Assembly (NCBI GenBank): GCA_900088475.1
Contig: FLMG01004198.1
Coordinates: 1-42,506, forward strand
Direction of reading: 5' to 3'
Length of the DNA: 42,506 nt
Origin: Hyphochytrium catenoides
Taxonomy: Eukaryota; Protista; Hyphochytriomycota
The notes under the pieces were generated by a model that saw only the letters and a list, made by a program, of their open reading frames with translations, ran no database searches and was not told the origin of the DNA. Position numbers and translations under genes: made by a program. Positions 23,406-41,033 of the stretch are shown here, one piece after another; the first letter of the stretch is position 1; every line of letters begins with the position of its first letter.

Positions 23406-26400
23406 CTATTCGTCGTGTCCCAAAGGCTTCGCTTCTAACGCAGGCACAGTGACGCTGTGGCCCGTTAGAATCTGGGTCTCGATCTCAATGACGGCGTTAC
23501 GAATTGTGAGCCATCTGTGGGAAATGCAGAGAAACGATAGGGTCAGCTCAGCCTTGGGGAGTTCGTCTGTTTGCAATGCTCTTATGCACCCTCGCTACCT
23601 TCCATCTAAAGTACTAGTAGGTATGCAGGGCATCTCATGGAACTATCTTGTCTCTCCGCCCCCCACGTCCCATGCACAGCGTCTCCTGTCAAACAATCTT
23701 CGCCACCCTAACTATAACTACGCTATGCTCTATCCTCCTTCGCCGATGGGTACGTCTTTTTACTACTTACTCCTGCACAGCCTGAGGTCCATAGGGCAGC
23801 AGATGCTCAGGCACCTCATAGTCTTGGTCAAATGATGTAAGGCTAACTCCTGATAGCGCGTCCTCTACAAACTCCACATTGAAAGGGTCCAAAGGTTGGA
23901 GAGTCGGGCTTTCCTCATAGGCACTTTGATCAAGGACATCCAGCCATTCAATCATGTCCTCATGACTGTATGATAAGACATCGGGATGCGAGACGAAAGT
24001 TGAAGGGCATTAATAGGGCATATACGGTTCTGAGCTCAGCTATAAAGGCGAAAAGAATATGGGCTCAGCGAATGTCCACGAAGAGTAGGCCACATATAAC
24101 GGAGGCATCAGCAAGGAGAGAGACTTGCATTCGAAGAAGTTAGACAGCGGTGTGTGGCGTACCGTGGTGCACATAGCGCCCATCTGTTCAGCCCGCTTTG
24201 GATCTCAAAACAGAACTTGAGAGCGACTTTGTGCAGCCCCTGCGCATCCACTTGTTGAGGCAGTTCCCTAATGGTTGCATTCACGACGTCGATCTCCCGC
24301 TTGATAGGACCGCCTAAGACAGAACATGTCAGATACAGAGAAAAAGAGGGGAGAGAAGGAGAGGGCTGAAAGGGGCGAAACAACTGTGATTGGAAGCAAA
24401 AGATTCACATAAAGGCACGGAGAAAGACCTTAACGACAAGCGCGTGATAAGCCGACCTTCAGTATCTGAGTACCCTAGCTTCCGATCTCTCAGATAAAAG
24501 TACTTCTCCCTCCACTCTCCCTTGTGCATAAAGCCTTGTTTGAGGAGGACGCCACGTTTCTTCCAGCTGACAGAGACCTGAAGATAAAGGGTTAGTGAAG
24601 GGGAAAGGGAGTGGATATCCCGCTACAGGGTTTAGTTTCACTGAACAAAAGACAGGATTTTGAGAGTAGACGGGACAGCGTGCCACAAAAAAAAGGAAAA
24701 GAAAGAGGTCAAACCGTGAGATGTCCTACCTTCGTTTGATTTACTGCTGCAGCACCTCTCCCTAGCTCGACAACGTAGCGCTTTGTAGCAACAAAAATGG
24801 CCTGCAAGCCAAGGAATGAGTTAGGATGGAGTGACCGTTTAGAGGCAACAGACTAGGATGGCTAAACAACGGAGCCAACAGAAAAGTAACTCTCTGCCCA
24901 CCTGTAACATGCTGTTGAAGTCTCCCTGCAGCGCAGGATCAAGGTTATCTTGCTCTTCATCCTCTGCCCTGAGGGAGTGCGGAGTCCCACTGTTAGGTGA
25001 ACGGGGGTCATCTCCGAGCCACCCCGCCTCCCGAGCATTCCAGCTCACACTTCGCGGGGTCCTGGCCCCTCTACTATTGGCTGGAGAAGGGGCTCGTGAC
25101 GATGAGGAGGAGGATGACCCCGTAGGACTTAAGCCCGTCGTAATACTTGGTGGCCCGCTAGGATCACTTCTTCTGGTGATGCCGAGTGCCTGTTGCCAGG
25201 AGTCAAACGAGTGGCGGAACGTGGTCTCGGAGCCCCGTGGTGAGGAGAAAGCCCAGTTCGTAACATTCTTTGGTGACATTAGGGCCAGACCTACGTAAGC
25301 AAAGGAGGAGAGCCAATTAACGAATGATTGGCAGGCTATGTTTAAAGGTTAAGAATAGAGTGAAGGATAAAAGCAATCGCAAGACAGAAGCCAAACTAAA
25401 GATACTCCTGCTCACAGCAGAAAATGGATGGAGGGAATGAAGAGAGAAATGAACAAGATATGTACCCTTGGGTGAAGTCTTTTCCTTCTTGTCTGGCTGT
25501 GCAGTAGGCGTGGACGCGGGTGATGCTCTGGGTGAACTGACAATCATATTCTTCAGTCCACTTGCAGCAGAAGTTGCTGGTGAAGAGGTGGCCGTAAGTA
25601 TTCCAAAACGGCAAAACGCAACACAACTCTGTAGAGACTTCAAACACATGGAAGGTAAATGGCGTGATCTAGGCGGTGAGTCCGTCCAGCATGCACGACA
25701 TCCAAAGAGAGCGCATCTAATGGCGGAGTCGTTGACACTACTTACCAAGGTCAAGCCCGAAGGATGACGATCTAGCTTTCTTCTTCTCCTTTGCAGGGAA
25801 GTCTTCCGTACTCTTAGGCATGGCGCCAACTACCTGATTGAAGTCTTCTCCAACCTCATCCAAAAGGCGTTTCGTGTCAGAAGGAACCACGACTGTGGCA
25901 TCTCGAGCTAAGAGAGACAGGACAAGAGGTGAGAGATGGGTCGAGAGGTACCGTCGCGTAATGGTTAGATAAAGATCTCACAAAATGGCATCTCCAAACC
26001 TACAAACGCAGTGTGACATCAATGGACTAGACGTGACCAGGTGCCCTTGCGGTTAGCGAGGAAGAGGAAGAAACGCTAACAGGAGAGACTTTCTTGAGAC
26101 GGTTGGAAGCTTGGCTCTCGGCCTTGGTAGACAAAGTACAGACCGGCGGGTTCTGGGTGCCTCAAAGAGAACAAACTTACTTTTAAGAGTCCATCTGGTG
26201 GGCTTTAGTACTCTGTAGGCTAGAAGGTGGTGGAAAAAGAACCGTGTGTCGATGTTCCAGTGCAAGAAGTACTTCATGAACACTTGCTTCAGCTCATAGC
26301 GCAGCTTCTCCGCTTGCCGCTCAGGAAATGCATCCCAGAAGTTATAGAGGAACTCCAGCGTGGCCAGCTGCAGGCAGGACAGGTACGGCCGTTAAGGGAT

Positions 26401-29400
26401 AGTCCCAAGTTACGTTCAGAGACTTTACCGATTAACGATTATCTCCTCCTCCCCTTCCTTTCGCACTCACCTGCACTTGCACATGCTCAGTGGAGAGTAA
26501 GATCCTGAGTGCGGAGCAAAGAAATCTATAATCGAACGTTGGCGGAAGCAGAGCAGCTTCATCATGAGCAGGGATCTGCACAAGCGAGTCCTGAGAAAAG
26601 CCCCAGGCATCCCCTTTCTCCACATGTGTGAGCCGATAGGAACGCAAACGAATGCGCCATGTGCGGATGACGTGGAACCAGATCTAAACACATCGAGAGA
26701 AAGAAGCAAGTGAAGGTTGCAGGAGGAGAGTTGTCAGCCATCACGTGCGATGCAGCAACAGCTGCACCGTCATGCCGTCATATATGTACGGGTTACTAAC
26801 CCCAAGTATTTCCATGGTGGCCCTGACCCCTGGCGGCTCATGAAGCTTTGTTGTGCTCAAAAGCAGGGTAACCATCGGGTTCAGAAGTGCGCCATTAGAG
26901 AGAAGTGTGCAAGAAGCCTTGAATATTGAAGTAGGCAATTGATGGCTGCGATGATGTCGCAGCTCGTAGAAGTAAACCTGCCAAAAAAGACAAGGTACCA
27001 AACTGTGAGGGATGATGAGGCAGCAACAGAAATGTTCGTGACAAAGGTAGATAAAGTATTTGGCAAATAACGAAACAAGAAATGAAGGAATAGTGTTATA
27101 CGAAGCGCGTGACGAACAAGGTTGCCTACCTGCAGCGCCTGCTTATACCCAGGCAGACTCTCCCACGTGACCTTTTGTTTAAGGACTGCCAGATTGTCAA
27201 GGACATACCAGCACCATTGGTCGAAGATAAGAATATTCAGCCGGTTTAGCTCTGTATCGTTCTTCAGCAGACGCTTCTTCCAGTTCCCTTCCACTGACTC
27301 AAACTTGTGATTCGCGGACTCTGCTTGATCCTACGAGCCCAAGAGCGTCAACTGTGAGAGGTCTTGTCGAAAGCTGAAGGGTAAGCTTGAATCTAGCGTA
27401 TGATGAATGTGCCTTCTTAAGCCGGAGGACATGCTCCTAGCCCAAAATCCAGGAGCAAGTAGTGAAACCTCTTACCTTAAGTTTCTTGCCGCCGTATTCC
27501 TGCTCCAGCGCGTTGTGGAAGACCCGCCAGTCCAGGTGCGGCTCCAACTGGTAATACTTGGGGTCAATGGTCACAGTAGAGCCCAGGAATCCGCGGTATA
27601 TGTCGTCAATAGAGTCTCCATAAGAATCCTATAGTGATAGACCAAGATAGCGTTTAGCCAAAGGAATATGAAGGATTAGGTCGATTGGACGGAGATTCGC
27701 CACAACAAGTTTCAGACAAATCTACAGCTGTGAAGGGACATGAACGGTGTCGCTTTCCGTTATCTACATCACTGCTACCATCGTGGTTCTCGCTTTTTTC
27801 CTTGTGTTTGACGCTTAATCTTGAACAGAGCTTTTCCCAGCTCCGGCATGTAACTCAACTCATGTTTCCAAAATTGCCACAAGTCTCTCTCACCTGCCAG
27901 AGCTTGAAGACCTCAAAGCCAAAATCTGGTATTCTAAACATCATGGTGGAGATCACCCGAGCGGCGAAGAAGAGGAAGTTCCCCGCCATCACTCCTTGCA
28001 CAGAGATGGACTGCAGGACAAAGGCCAGCGTCTCAAGCATCAGCTTTCGGTATTTCAAGCTTAGCTCGAGCTCTGTCTTTGTCGGCGCACTCTCGGATAG
28101 AGGATCAAAGCCCAGGAGCCCTAGGTCACCTAACGTGTACAGCGTGTAAAGCAAAAGAAAAAAAACGGGAGGGTCAGCTCAAAATGACTTGGCCCAGCTT
28201 AAGCCTAGAAGACGGGAAAATGAACCGATTTCGGTGGAGCAGATTACTTTCTTGGAGCTATGAGCGCTAGAAGAACAATCTATACGGATAATAGTGCCAA
28301 AAGGCGGAGAGCAATGACTCCTCTGTCGATGAGCCACCGGAGAATTGGACCAAAGAGGCAGCTGCCTACCGAATTCTCCCCTTTTCAAAAGATAGAAGGT
28401 CGTCTCGTAGAAGAAGTTCCTCAAGGAGTAATCTCTGACGCGAATGTTGTCCAGAATAAAACGCCATAAACGGAGGAGAAGCCCACGAGTCTCGTTAAGT
28501 GCATCCTGGCTCGAATAGAGCCAACTCAGCATTGAAGCCTGCCAAGCGCAAACGGTTAATCATCAACTTTGCCCAGAAGACTTAAGGACTAAGGCTCCTT
28601 CGCTCGTACTCTCCCAGGAGAGTGTAGCCAAATATAGAGTATACCAGGGAGAAAGTAGGCGGTGCACCACTAGTTATAAAGCCAGCAGTAGAATACGAGC
28701 CGAATGTACCTTGTGCGTTATCCTCAACACTTGCAGAATTTTGGCTGCCTTTCTTTTACTGGTCTCTTTGCCCTCTTTTCCAGTGCTAGACATTCCACTG
28801 ATAAGCCCATCAAGCTTTTCTGAAAGCCGCACTGCCTCCTCCGGCAGCACAGTTTTCTTGGTAGACTTGAAAAGTGATCGTTCTCTAACGAGGGAAGCGA
28901 GACGTAGAGTGAGTTAACAGAGGAAGTGAAAAGAGATATATTTTGTACTGAGAGTAACGGACACTAAGACAAAGGGAACGGCGTGACAGAGCTGACAGCA
29001 CGAGACAAAGTGAACTTGATGGTGTTGAACAGGACACTTACTTCTTCTTCTTTCCAACAATGACGGAGCTGGACCCAGTGATGCCATGCTCGCTGATCAC
29101 GCCCACTCGCATCTGGCGAATCTCGGGAACATTCTCGAACACCACGGTGCCTTGAAGGAAGCCAACCTACAGGAGAGCGGCATTAGCATTGGATAAGCGA
29201 TTAGGTTAACATTATGTAGGAGCCCAATAGCAATTGCCTTTGAACTGGGGACTGACATATCGCAAAGCTGCTGACAAAGCCAAGTCGGCAATACAATGAC
29301 GATTATAGTAATGGCTCATGAGTGCAAGAAGGGTGAATAAGTAGTCAGCCTTATCGTTGGGAAGACTGCAGCGTCCCCTAATCTACCTCTCTGCGACCCA

Positions 29401-31956
29401 GAGTTCTCTAGTCTGATCCTTACATGATGTCCGTTTAGGGTTAGGGTGCTCTTGAAGTGGCTCAGAACCTTGACGCATCCATCGTCCACCTTAGAAAAGT
29501 CTGGCATCCCGTCCTCATAGAGTTTTTCGGTCGTCAGCCAGCACTGCCCGTACAAACCGCTTACACGGATCTCCTCTGTGAACTTCCAAGGTCGACCTTC
29601 TTGTTTCTGCACATGGCAAGAACATCAGCAGTATAAGAGACGATGACCCACCTAGAGGCCAGAGAAAGAGATAGATAGGAGTGAAGTGCGATACGTGTGG
29701 TGAGAGAAGCCGTTCATTTTCTTGCCTTTTGTTGCTCATACTTCTCTAGCAGTCGTACAAAGCCAGGGTCGGGTTGCGCTGTCAGCTGCGCCTGCCCTAC
29801 TCTGGTCCATCTAACCTCAATCTTCAGAGTTGCGCTGATGCACTCCTCAAACGTGCCTAGACGTTTTATATCATCCAGCGGATCGCTGTCGTTGGACCAA
29901 TAGACCGACTGGAAAATAATAAGATGTGAGACGGAAAATGAATAGGGAGAGTGTGAGCCAAGGCGTTCCTCAGCACCGTCAGCCAGAAAATGCAATGTCC
30001 AACAAGTCAGAATGGTCTTGCAAGGAGGAAATCACCACAATCAAGGAATTATATGGGGAAACACGTGATGTTCTTGATTCCTACCACTAGGTCGTCCGTC
30101 TCATAGAGAGAGAGCCTGGAGAATCCAGAACCCTTGACTGGCCCATGGGGAACGCCTTCGTTCCCCTGTACGCCAGACGAGTGTATGTCGTCGTGCTGCT
30201 TGCCTTTCATACTGCTAATCATTTCTCTGATCGCCGCCACAGCGTGTGATGTCCCTTCCGTGATGGACTTTGACCTCTTGGCCAGCTCGGTGGAGGATTT
30301 CGTGCGGCGCATGCTGAGGTCGAGTTCGTCCTTCACATTGTTTGATCCACCCTCGACGCCTGCAATAGACATGAGCAAAAAAAAGGGTCAGGACAACGGC
30401 CGCTTTGTACTCAGAGTGTTTGCCTTGTCACGACAATGGAGCCGTTGATCTGCTTCCATGCCCTACGCGTTCATCAACCACTCGCCGTCCCCTTTTTGTC
30501 GTGTCCCTCACCTTCCGCCAACGAGAGCATCGACCTGGAGCTCTTGATCATGTTAATATTATGCTCATTCAGCTTGGGGAAGGCGTCAAGGTGCTTAAGG
30601 TTCTTGCAGATTGAGAAATACTCCTCGGTTCCAATGTTAAACTTATAGGAGATTGCAAACTGTCTCAAACTTTGGTCCTCTTTGAGATCATGCGCGTCGG
30701 CCGACGCGACTTCAGACCGCGAGACTTTCATGCAAAGCTCCTCAAAGCCCAACGTCCACGTAGACACCTAGTTTATAGAATGCAAGAAGGAAAACGCAAG
30801 GGCAGTGTTAGTGCTTGAAAACAATGGCGACGGCCCACTGGATGCGAATTAGGCTACGTCAACCTATCGGAGGGTATGGCCGTGCGCATGCTCCCAACAT
30901 GACGCAACTGTGCCTCGAAGCTTGGCATTGTCAGATGCGGCACCACCACAGAAAATCCACAGTAGAGGCAGTACAAAGGACAGCTAATAGCTTCATATAT
31001 GGGAAAGATCGCTTCTACTAGTGCAAAACGAGAAACATCAGTAGTGAAGAAGCTGGCCCTAACCTGGTCCATGTAGCAGTTGAACACCACCCTGCCGTTC
31101 TCGCACCCCACGAGATGATGGTCATGGTGCACTGGGCCGATGGCGATGGTGAAGAGATCCACGGCTGAGTATCCTAATAGTTTGTCACTGGTAAAACTCC
31201 GTGTCGAGTAGACCATCACCTTCATCTTCGTCCGTTGGAGCTCTGCCAGCGAAGCCTCATACTCAAAGCTGAAGGTGAGGCCCTTCCAAGTGGGATTGAG
31301 CTCGTTCTTTATCTCCGGTGTGCGATAAAGCTCGTGCCCTGAACCCCATTGAAAGACTACGTAGGGATTGCTCAGTCCGTTCATCTTGATGCCGAAGAGG
31401 TTTCGACATTGAATGCCTACATTGGACATAAAGGCAAAGACGAAGCAGAGACAAAGAAGCCCATCGATCCAAGAGAAGAAAGGAAGTGGAGAGAGAGAGA
31501 GCACAACGAAGGAGAGCGAAAAGGAGGAGCAAAGAGAGCGAAAGCAAAGAGCGAGTGGGAGAGAGGAGAGAGGGAGAGCGGAAGGGCATGGGTCAGTAGA
31601 AAGCTCGTGGTTAGGCAAATGCAGGGAACCGGAAGTGTGCGAGGTATCGCGTACCTGCAATGCGGACTCTAAACTTCCTCTTGATAGTCTTGGAGGCTCG
31701 CTTAAGCATCTCTTCTTTGTCAACATTCTGTGAATACGCCGCCGGGAGGAAGGATTCTATCCAAACGGAGGAGAGAGAAGGAGAGGTGATCAGCCGAAGA
31801 GCTAAAAAGACGCACAGTTTGGAAGAGCGGTGAAGACAGGGGACATATTGGAAAGAGGCAGGACGAAAGAGAGAGCAAACATTTCACTCTAAAGCAACGC
31901 CGGGCCTCCAGGCGGCCGTCCCCGTTACCTGGGGCGAAGCTATCCAGTAGCTCCAT
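23406..31956 (-). CDS. Large multi-exon protein: N-terminal C2 domain(s), helical DUF1765-like region, C-terminal PH domain
   Basis: Probable start MELLDSFAP|E at 31956. C2 domain: FRVRIAGIQCRNL...LSNPYVVFQW...TPEIKNELNPTW...KVMVY...DKLLGYSAVDL. DUF1765-like segment: FMKYFLHWNIDTRFFFHHLLAYRV. PH domain: WREKYFYLRDRKLGY...FCFEIQ...LCAP|SHEDMIEWLDVL. Last exon WLTIRNAV...PLGHDE* with stop at 23406-23408. Roughly 20 exons, not all resolved; the start codon is uncertain. Confidence 0.78.
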
Positions 31957-32549
31957 GCTGCCTTAGACAATAGCTTGTGTCTCTTTCAGTGACCTTAGTC
32001 CTGCACTGCAGATATTCTCTCTCAATGATGGTCGTCAGTTGGGTTCTGAGGAGTCTTGGAAGGCCTTCAAAGCGGTCGTGCCCGGCAAAAAGCTCGGCCC
32101 TCAGCCGTTTTCTGCCTGCCTGTAGTCCACCATCGCGTCTCTACTCTTTGTATCTTCGTCTGTGAGGCTCCACGCAGTCTCTCACCATGCGAGCGAAGGC
32201 AGGTCAAGGGACAACATCGAATCGGCAAGCTTCAGCCCGTCTTTCCCACTGTTGCGGCGGATAGCGTCCTCTTCTCTCTTCAGAGCTATCCGTCGGTCTC
32301 GTTTCTCTCTAGGAGGGTCTGGATGTGCTCTTCTCAGCGCTCTGAAGGACTGACCACAGTGTTGGCGCATCTGAGGAGTGGAGAACTATCCCCTCATCGA
32401 GTTTTCCCAATCTCTCCTGCGTGTCGCTCCACACGCCAAGGGAAGACTTTGAGCTAGAGAGGAAAAGCAATTCCTATGCGTCCTACAAGGTACCATGGAT
32501 CCCTTCCTTTCCCTTTGTTGGCTTCCTCCTTTTGTCAGTCTGCCTGCCT

Positions 32550-32800
32550 CCTCTTTCTCTCTACACTCTATTTCTCTCTCTCTCTCTTCTCCCTCTCTCT
32601 GTCTCTCATTTCTCTCTTTCTCTCTTTCTCTCTTTCTCTCTGTCTCTCTGTCTCTCTGTCTCTGTCTCTCTGTCTCTGTCTCTCTGTCTCTGTCTCTCTG
32701 TCTCTGTCTGTCTCTGTCTCTGTCTGTCTCTGTCTCTGTCTCTCCCTTTGTCTCTGTCTCTCCCTTTGTTTGTGTGTCTCTCTCTCTCTCTCTCTTTCCT
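32550..32800. repeat. (CT)n/(CTCTGT)n compound microsatellite
   Basis: Seen directly. Confidence 0.9.
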
Positions 32801-33114
32801 AGCCGCAGTAGTTCGCACTTCCTTTTCAGCTCGCGTCACACCACCGTCAAAGTTAATCCAGAACCATACTCATTCCCAATAACTATCCTTTCATTCAATA
32901 TCCGTACGATCTAGGGTGGGCAGGGGCGGTTTCACACTGAGCCGAGCGGCGTCCAAGGGGATGACTGAAGAAACATGTTTTTACCATTTTATTTGTTAGG
33001 CTTTGCAGGCTCAGGACGGTGCCATGATGATAGAGGTTCAAGGCTAGTCATCCTAAGATAAAGACGGGGTTAGAGCCACGTCCCGCTATGGATCGTGGCG
33101 ACACACATTGGCGA

Positions 33115-33230
33115 CACACATCTCTGCAGGATGAGAGGATGTCAGCGGCCTGACGCCGGCCATCATCTTCTTCACACATCTCTGCAGGATGAGAGGATGT
33201 CAGTGGCCTGACGCCGGCCATCTTCTTCTT
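33115..33230. repeat. 58-bp tandem direct repeat, two near-identical copies
   Basis: cacacatctctgcaggatgagaggatgtcag(c/t)ggcctgacgccggccatc starts at 33115 and again at 33173. Confidence 0.9.
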
Positions 33231-34439
33231 TCGAGGCAAACCACAAAGAAAGATCAAGTCGGAGGGCGGGAGAGTGGAGGACTGGACGTTCTGCGTGTCC
33301 ATCATGACGGTCTACTCTTCCCAGGGACCAGCAGCAATTCGCGCTACTCTCGTCCAAGGTTTAGAATAAGGATAAGATTTGGTTAGCCAATGTGTCCTCG
33401 TGCTGTCGACACCTTCTTCTTGGGGTCCATGATAGGCTGTACATCACCCTCTCATTGAACTTTAGAAGCAGGGGACCGTTCGTTCGGTTTGTTGGTGCTT
33501 TCGCGTTACATTAGCTCTCGTGCCTCTGATTTTGCTAGCTTCAGTGTCTGTGCGACTTACTCGTATAAGGCAATAAGCTGGACACCATCGCCCAAGTATG
33601 TGACGGCGTAGCGCCTAATGGGAAGGACGACGTTCTATATCTTCTCAACTCCTTGTCGTCCTACTAACTCTCAGTCAACTGATAAGAAGGCTGTCACTGT
33701 GGGCAAACAACTACTTCTGGTCAGGCTACTTTGGCAGCAAGGCAAGTCACGTTCCCTTTAGAAATAAGGCAGGAATGTTGAGGTGGCTGAACAGCGGAGG
33801 CGGAAGACTGTGGATGCGGTTGCCTCATCAGTCAAAATGTCCGGTAGCTGATGCTGAGAAGAGACCCACCGTGGAAGCCGAGGCGTTCATTCTTGATTGA
33901 AGGTGACCCTGTCTGACTCTTAGGTCATGGTGCGCTTCCAGCGTTGATGCAACCGCATTGGGACGCTAAGGTACGCTTGAGACAGAGGAAGAAGTATATG
34001 ATATGCCCCAAAAGGAGAACAACAACTGGGGAAGAAGTAAGAAGTGAAGACAGAGAGAGGCAAATTCTAAAGGTTTTGAACAGAGAGAGTGCGAGAAAAA
34101 AAAGCAAAAGAGTCAGGGGACCATCTGACCATGCAGAGAGTTCAATAGATGACAAGGAGCTATTAAATGATGGGATTAAACCTCTGGATGACGGCAATGA
34201 AAGAGACAGAGCTCGACAATCGTCGCGGGAAGAAGAACCGGCAGACTCAAAACGAAGAGTCAATTTTATTGGTCGCTGCGGCAAAACTGGGACTCATCTA
34301 CTGCACGGAGAGAGAGAGAAAGAAACAAACACATGGGGACAAGACGGCAATACTTATTAGGACAGCCGCGCCCCAGCGACGAGAATATGTAATTGAGAGA
34401 TAGGTGAAAGAGACGATGAGAGAGAAAGCTATTAACTGG

Positions 34440-35047
34440 TACAGAGTGAGAGAGAGAGAGAGAGACCTTGAATGAAAAGTAGAGAAAGTGGGAAAGAGAG
34501 AGAGAGAGAGCAAGAGAGAGGGACAGAAAGAGAGAGAGAAAGCGAGAAAGGCAGAGGACGAGAGAAGACAGAGGAACAGACAGAGACAGCGGATCCGAGA
34601 GAGACAGAGGTAAAGAGAAAGACGGAGGAAGAGAGAGAGAGAAGAGAGGAACAGAGCGAGCAGACGAAGAGAGAGAGACGGAGGAAGAGAGACAGAGAGA
34701 GAAGCTTTACTGATGAAGACAGAGCGGTCAGATTCTCTCCGTCATGCGGTGAGGTTGGGGCCGCGGGAAGCGCTCAAGATAAGGGAGAAAACGCCCTCTA
34801 TATTGGGAATATTGACGAATCTCATCGTGGATGGCGTCTATCCTATTCAGAATGCGTTCCTGGAGTAACGGCCATTGACCCTTGGACGTGTTAGGAAANN
34901 NNNNNNNNNNNNNNNNNNNNNNNNNNNNNNNNNNNNNNNNNNNNNNNNNNNNNNNNNNNNNNNNNNNNNNNNNNNNNNGAGAGGGAGAGAGAGAGGGATG
35001 GAGAGAGAGAGAGAGAGAGAGATGGAGAGAGAAGAGAGAGAGGGATG

Positions 35048-35078
<31 letters not shown>

Positions 35079-35400
35079 TGAGAGAGAGAGACCGAGAGAT
35101 GTGCCTTCATCTTCTAGGCCTAAGCTAGAAGAGACGTACAGCGGTCCGAGAGAGGGAGAAGATAGAAGAGAGACAGGACATGCTTGGGGGAGGGAGACAG
35201 AGAAGAGGAAGATAGAGGCAGATAGAGACAAGAGACATGAAGCGAAGAAGATAGAAAGAAGTGACTCATTATGAAGAGGGACACACGATAGAGAGAGGAT
35301 AATGTATGGAAAGTAGAGAGAGGGAGGACAGACCGAGAAAGAGGGGGAGAGAGAGAGAGCGAGAGTGAGAGCGAGAGAGAGGAGAGAGAGAGAGATCCAT
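34440..35400. repeat. Long (GA)n-rich region with assembly gap (N 34899-34978), interrupted by unique islands
   Basis: Seen directly. Confidence 0.85.
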
Positions 35401-36154
35401 CTCTCTCTCAGGCTAGTAGGGATACACATAAGCAGGCGAATAGGAGGGGAAATCTATACAGCAGGGTAGGGTTGGTAGGGAGACACAATAGAACGGAAGA
35501 AAGAGAAGAGGATGATGGGCTTTCCTGGGCAATACCATAAGGGATGCTGATCACTATCCTTTGCAATAGAGAGAAAGCTTTTAAGGGGCCAAAAGCCTTC
35601 GCTGCCATAGCTGGTGCTCTAACCCTTGGGCCTGAAGGCCGACAGCGCGAGCGAGTGAGGAAAAGGAGAGAGACTGGAAGAGAGGGAGAAGGGAAGGGAA
35701 AGACGGATGCTAAGGAGATCGGAAGAGGAGAAGCTCCTTCTTGACTGAGTGCTAGAGGCGGGCAAGAGAGTTGGCCCCGCGCCTGCGAAGACCATCCGCG
35801 CTGCTCTAGATTAAGGTGCAGGCCGCCGACTCTGCACCGGAAGAGCTTATAACAAAGCCCAAGAAGCTGGAACTGTCCTATTGCTGTCAATGGAAGCCAG
35901 AGCAATCAGCTTGCTGGCCTCTTCGGACGGCTGAGGGCTATTGAGTTTGGATTCTCTCTCGTCTCTTTCTCTATAGATAATGCCAAGGAGCGGAGATATC
36001 GAATGAGAGGCGGACCGAAGAAGAATCATCTTTAATCTCTCTCTCCGCAGCTCCCTCTCCTCATCACAAGGAGTGAAGATGGCTGCGGTGGACTAACAGA
36101 GAGACGAACTTGGTGCATTGCATTCTTCTCCTCGCCCATCTCACCAGCTCAGGG

Positions 36155-40523
<4,369 letters not shown>

Positions 40524-40779
40524 GACCAAAGTGCCTCTTTGTCACAGCGAAGACACTGCGGACAAAGCACCGACTAATATTATGGCTCTGCTGCTGCAGT
40601 CTGCCTCTAGAGAGATAACGCGGTTGCAAGGTAAATAGAGACAACAACGACTTTCCACTTTATTATTAGCAACATAGATGGGCGGACTGTAGAGACAGCG
40701 CCTTAGAACATGTAGACACGTTGGACAAGGAAATAAAGCAAGAAACAAAGAATAGCGGGGAAGAAAGGAGAGATGTGAC

Positions 40780-40804
40780 TAGGAAGGAAGAGAAAGAAAG
40801 GAGG

Positions 40805-40861
<57 letters not shown>

Positions 40862-40912
40862 GGAGGGAGAGGAGAGAAGAGAAGAGGGGGGGAGGAGGAG
40901 GGAGAAGAGAGA
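40780..40912. repeat. (GA)n microsatellite between the convergent kinase and PH genes
   Basis: Seen directly. Confidence 0.85.
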
Positions 40913-41033
40913 CTTGCCACAGCAGCGATGAAAGTCTATCGCTTGAGTGAGTAGAGGAGGGAAGAAGCATGGCAAAGCGGTTGAAGTAGGACGACTCTAA
41001 TTAGACCAAGCGAAGAGCTCTGGAATGAAAGCA

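Noticed and set aside
30470-30490. Possible GC-AG intron donor (acg|gcgagt) in the C2 gene
   Set aside because: Its phase does not match the next acceptor; adjacent GT donors give the correct phase.
31960-32370. Additional 5' coding exons for the C2 gene (ATG|gt at 32188 joined to AGRKRLRAELF...)
   Set aside because: Could not be joined in frame to the MELLDSFAP exon with plausible introns. Treated as 5' UTR or uORF.
33115-33230. Possible CRISPR-like repeat
   Set aside because: Only two abutting copies, no spacers, eukaryotic context and no cas genes.
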